A DNA stretch of 44,169 nucleotides from a virus (Duplodnaviria; Heunggongvirae; Uroviricota; Caudoviricetes), in IMG/VR virus record IMGVR_UViG_2740892274_000005. One strand, 5' to 3'. Below, one piece after another: positions 43,378 to 44,169 of the stretch (position 1 is its first letter; the number at the start of each line of letters is the position of its first letter). The position numbers and the translations under genes were made by a program. Below the pieces are notes generated by a model. The model did not search any database. It was not told the origin of the DNA and was given only the letters and a program-made list of their open reading frames with translations.

Positions 43378-43545
43378 ACAGTATCAAATGAGTTGCCGAT
43401 TTTATAATAAATGACTAATTATTGCACAATCGGTATCAAATAGACCTTATCCGCACATCTAGCCATCACCTGTTTTATTTCAGTATCTTACAGGTGATTT
43501 CACCTCCTTTCACTAAACCCCTTGTCGGTATCAAATGATTCACCT
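43378..43545. repeat. Prophage left-end repeats (putative transposase-binding sites, attL-like)
   Basis: CGGTATCAAA at 43431..43440 and 43526..43535, plus variant CAGTATCAAA near 43378..43387. Reverse complements of the right-end copies. Confidence 0.6.
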
Positions 43546-43863
43546 GGTTATATGTCGCCAGTCGATACCTTCCAGCAGCATCGCCAGCTGCGCCTGTGTA
43601 AGGAACACTTTGCCATCACGGGCTGACGGCCAGGCGAAGCGCCCACGCTCCAGCCGTTTGGTCAGGAGGCACAGTCCGTCACTGGTGGACCACAGCAGTT
43701 TAACCTGACTGCCGCTGCGGCCCCGGAAAATGAAAACATGGCCGGACATGGGATCGTCTTTCAGCGCCGTCTGTACTTTCGCAGCCAGGCCGTTGAAGCC
43801 ATTTCTCATATCGGTGATACCGGCAACCAGCCAAATTTTGATCCCGGAAGGTAACGGGATCAT
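43540..43863 (-). CDS. IS66-family accessory protein TnpB (Orf2), extreme C-terminus probably altered by the prophage junction
   Basis: MIPLPSGIKIWLVAGITDMRNGFNGLAAKVQTALKDDPMSGHVFIFRGRSGSQVKLLWSTSDGLCLLTKRLERGRFAWP... is the conserved IS66 Orf2 sequence. The stop falls in the first bases of the phage end region. Confidence 0.85.
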   Translation of the reverse strand: MIPLPSGIKIWLVAGITDMRNGFNGLAAKVQTALKDDPMSGHVFIFRGRSGSQVKLLWSTSDGLCLLTKRLERGRFAWPSARDGKVFLTQAQLAMLLEGIDWRHITR

Positions 43864-44090
43864 CGCTTCAGTTCCTGTATCAGCAGAGTCAGGAGCTTTT
43901 CGCTGACATTGCCATTGAAGCGGAGCGTCCCGTGCCGGAACGTTACCTCACAGCTGATACTGAGGGTTTTCGGGTCCTCTGCGAGCGATTCTGGCTGTTC
44001 GGCAGCTGCATCGAGAGTCACAGGAAGTAGCTGGGGGCTCTCTGAAGAAGGTAATAGCTGAGGTGTACTGGCAATAGCGGACACTACCAT
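43860..44090 (-). CDS. IS66-family accessory protein TnpA (Orf1), possibly extending upstream beyond the tracked start
   Basis: 76-aa ORF overlapping the tnpB start by 4 nt, the characteristic IS66 orf1-orf2 coupling. The IS left IR must lie beyond the window end. Confidence 0.6.
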   Translation of the reverse strand: MVVSAIASTPQLLPSSESPQLLPVTLDAAAEQPESLAEDPKTLSISCEVTFRHGTLRFNGNVSEKLLTLLIQELKR

Positions 44091-44169
44091 TTGTTCTTTT
44101 TTTAAGCAGCCATCTGATGATATTTTTCCCTGAAGGCTGCCGGGGAGATATTCCCCAGACGAGAGTGAC

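Larger units (their letters stand above)
4916..43545 (-). mobile_element. Mu-like transposable prophage, about 38.6 kb, complete gene set; left (c) end at high coordinates, right (mom) end at low coordinates
   Basis: Full Mu gene order on the minus strand (ner-A-B ... gam ... gemA-mor/C-lys ... TerL-portal-F-G-I-T ... sheath-tube-tape measure ... baseplate-tail fibre-gin-com-mom) with the repressor divergent on plus. Both ends carry three copies of a TTTGATACCG-type motif in inverted orientation. End coordinates are approximate (about +/-15 bp). Confidence 0.85.

Noticed and set aside
1-44169. CRISPR array
   Set aside because: No series of regularly spaced short direct repeats seen anywhere. 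The only repeat families are the phage-end motifs, the gix-associated inverted repeats and terminator stems.

Overview
This window is an E. coli-type chromosomal segment (ratB-ratA, smpB, ssrA tmRNA) followed by stacked mobile elements. After ssrA comes a phage tail-fibre remnant interrupted by a 314-nt run of N, then an IS66-family element split in two. Between the IS66 halves sits a complete Mu-like transposable prophage of about 38.6 kb (approx. 4916..43545), read on the minus strand: repressor, ner, transposase A, ATPase B, gam, gemA, Mor/C activator, SAR endolysin with spanins, head module, contractile-tail module, a Gin-invertible tail-fibre switch, and com-mom at the right end. The best candidates for something undescribed are two accessory loci inside the prophage: (1) a low-GC small-gene cassette with an untracked zinc-ribbon micro-ORF and its own terminator inserted just upstream of gemA (34576..35611, plus a Myb-like triple-repeat protein next to it); (2) an SGNH/SASA esterase-domain gene with two small RBS-perfect genes between gin and com-mom (6657..9328). 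All functional calls come from reading the translations and DNA by eye against remembered protein families; no database search or folding was run, so hypothetical genes are reported as such.
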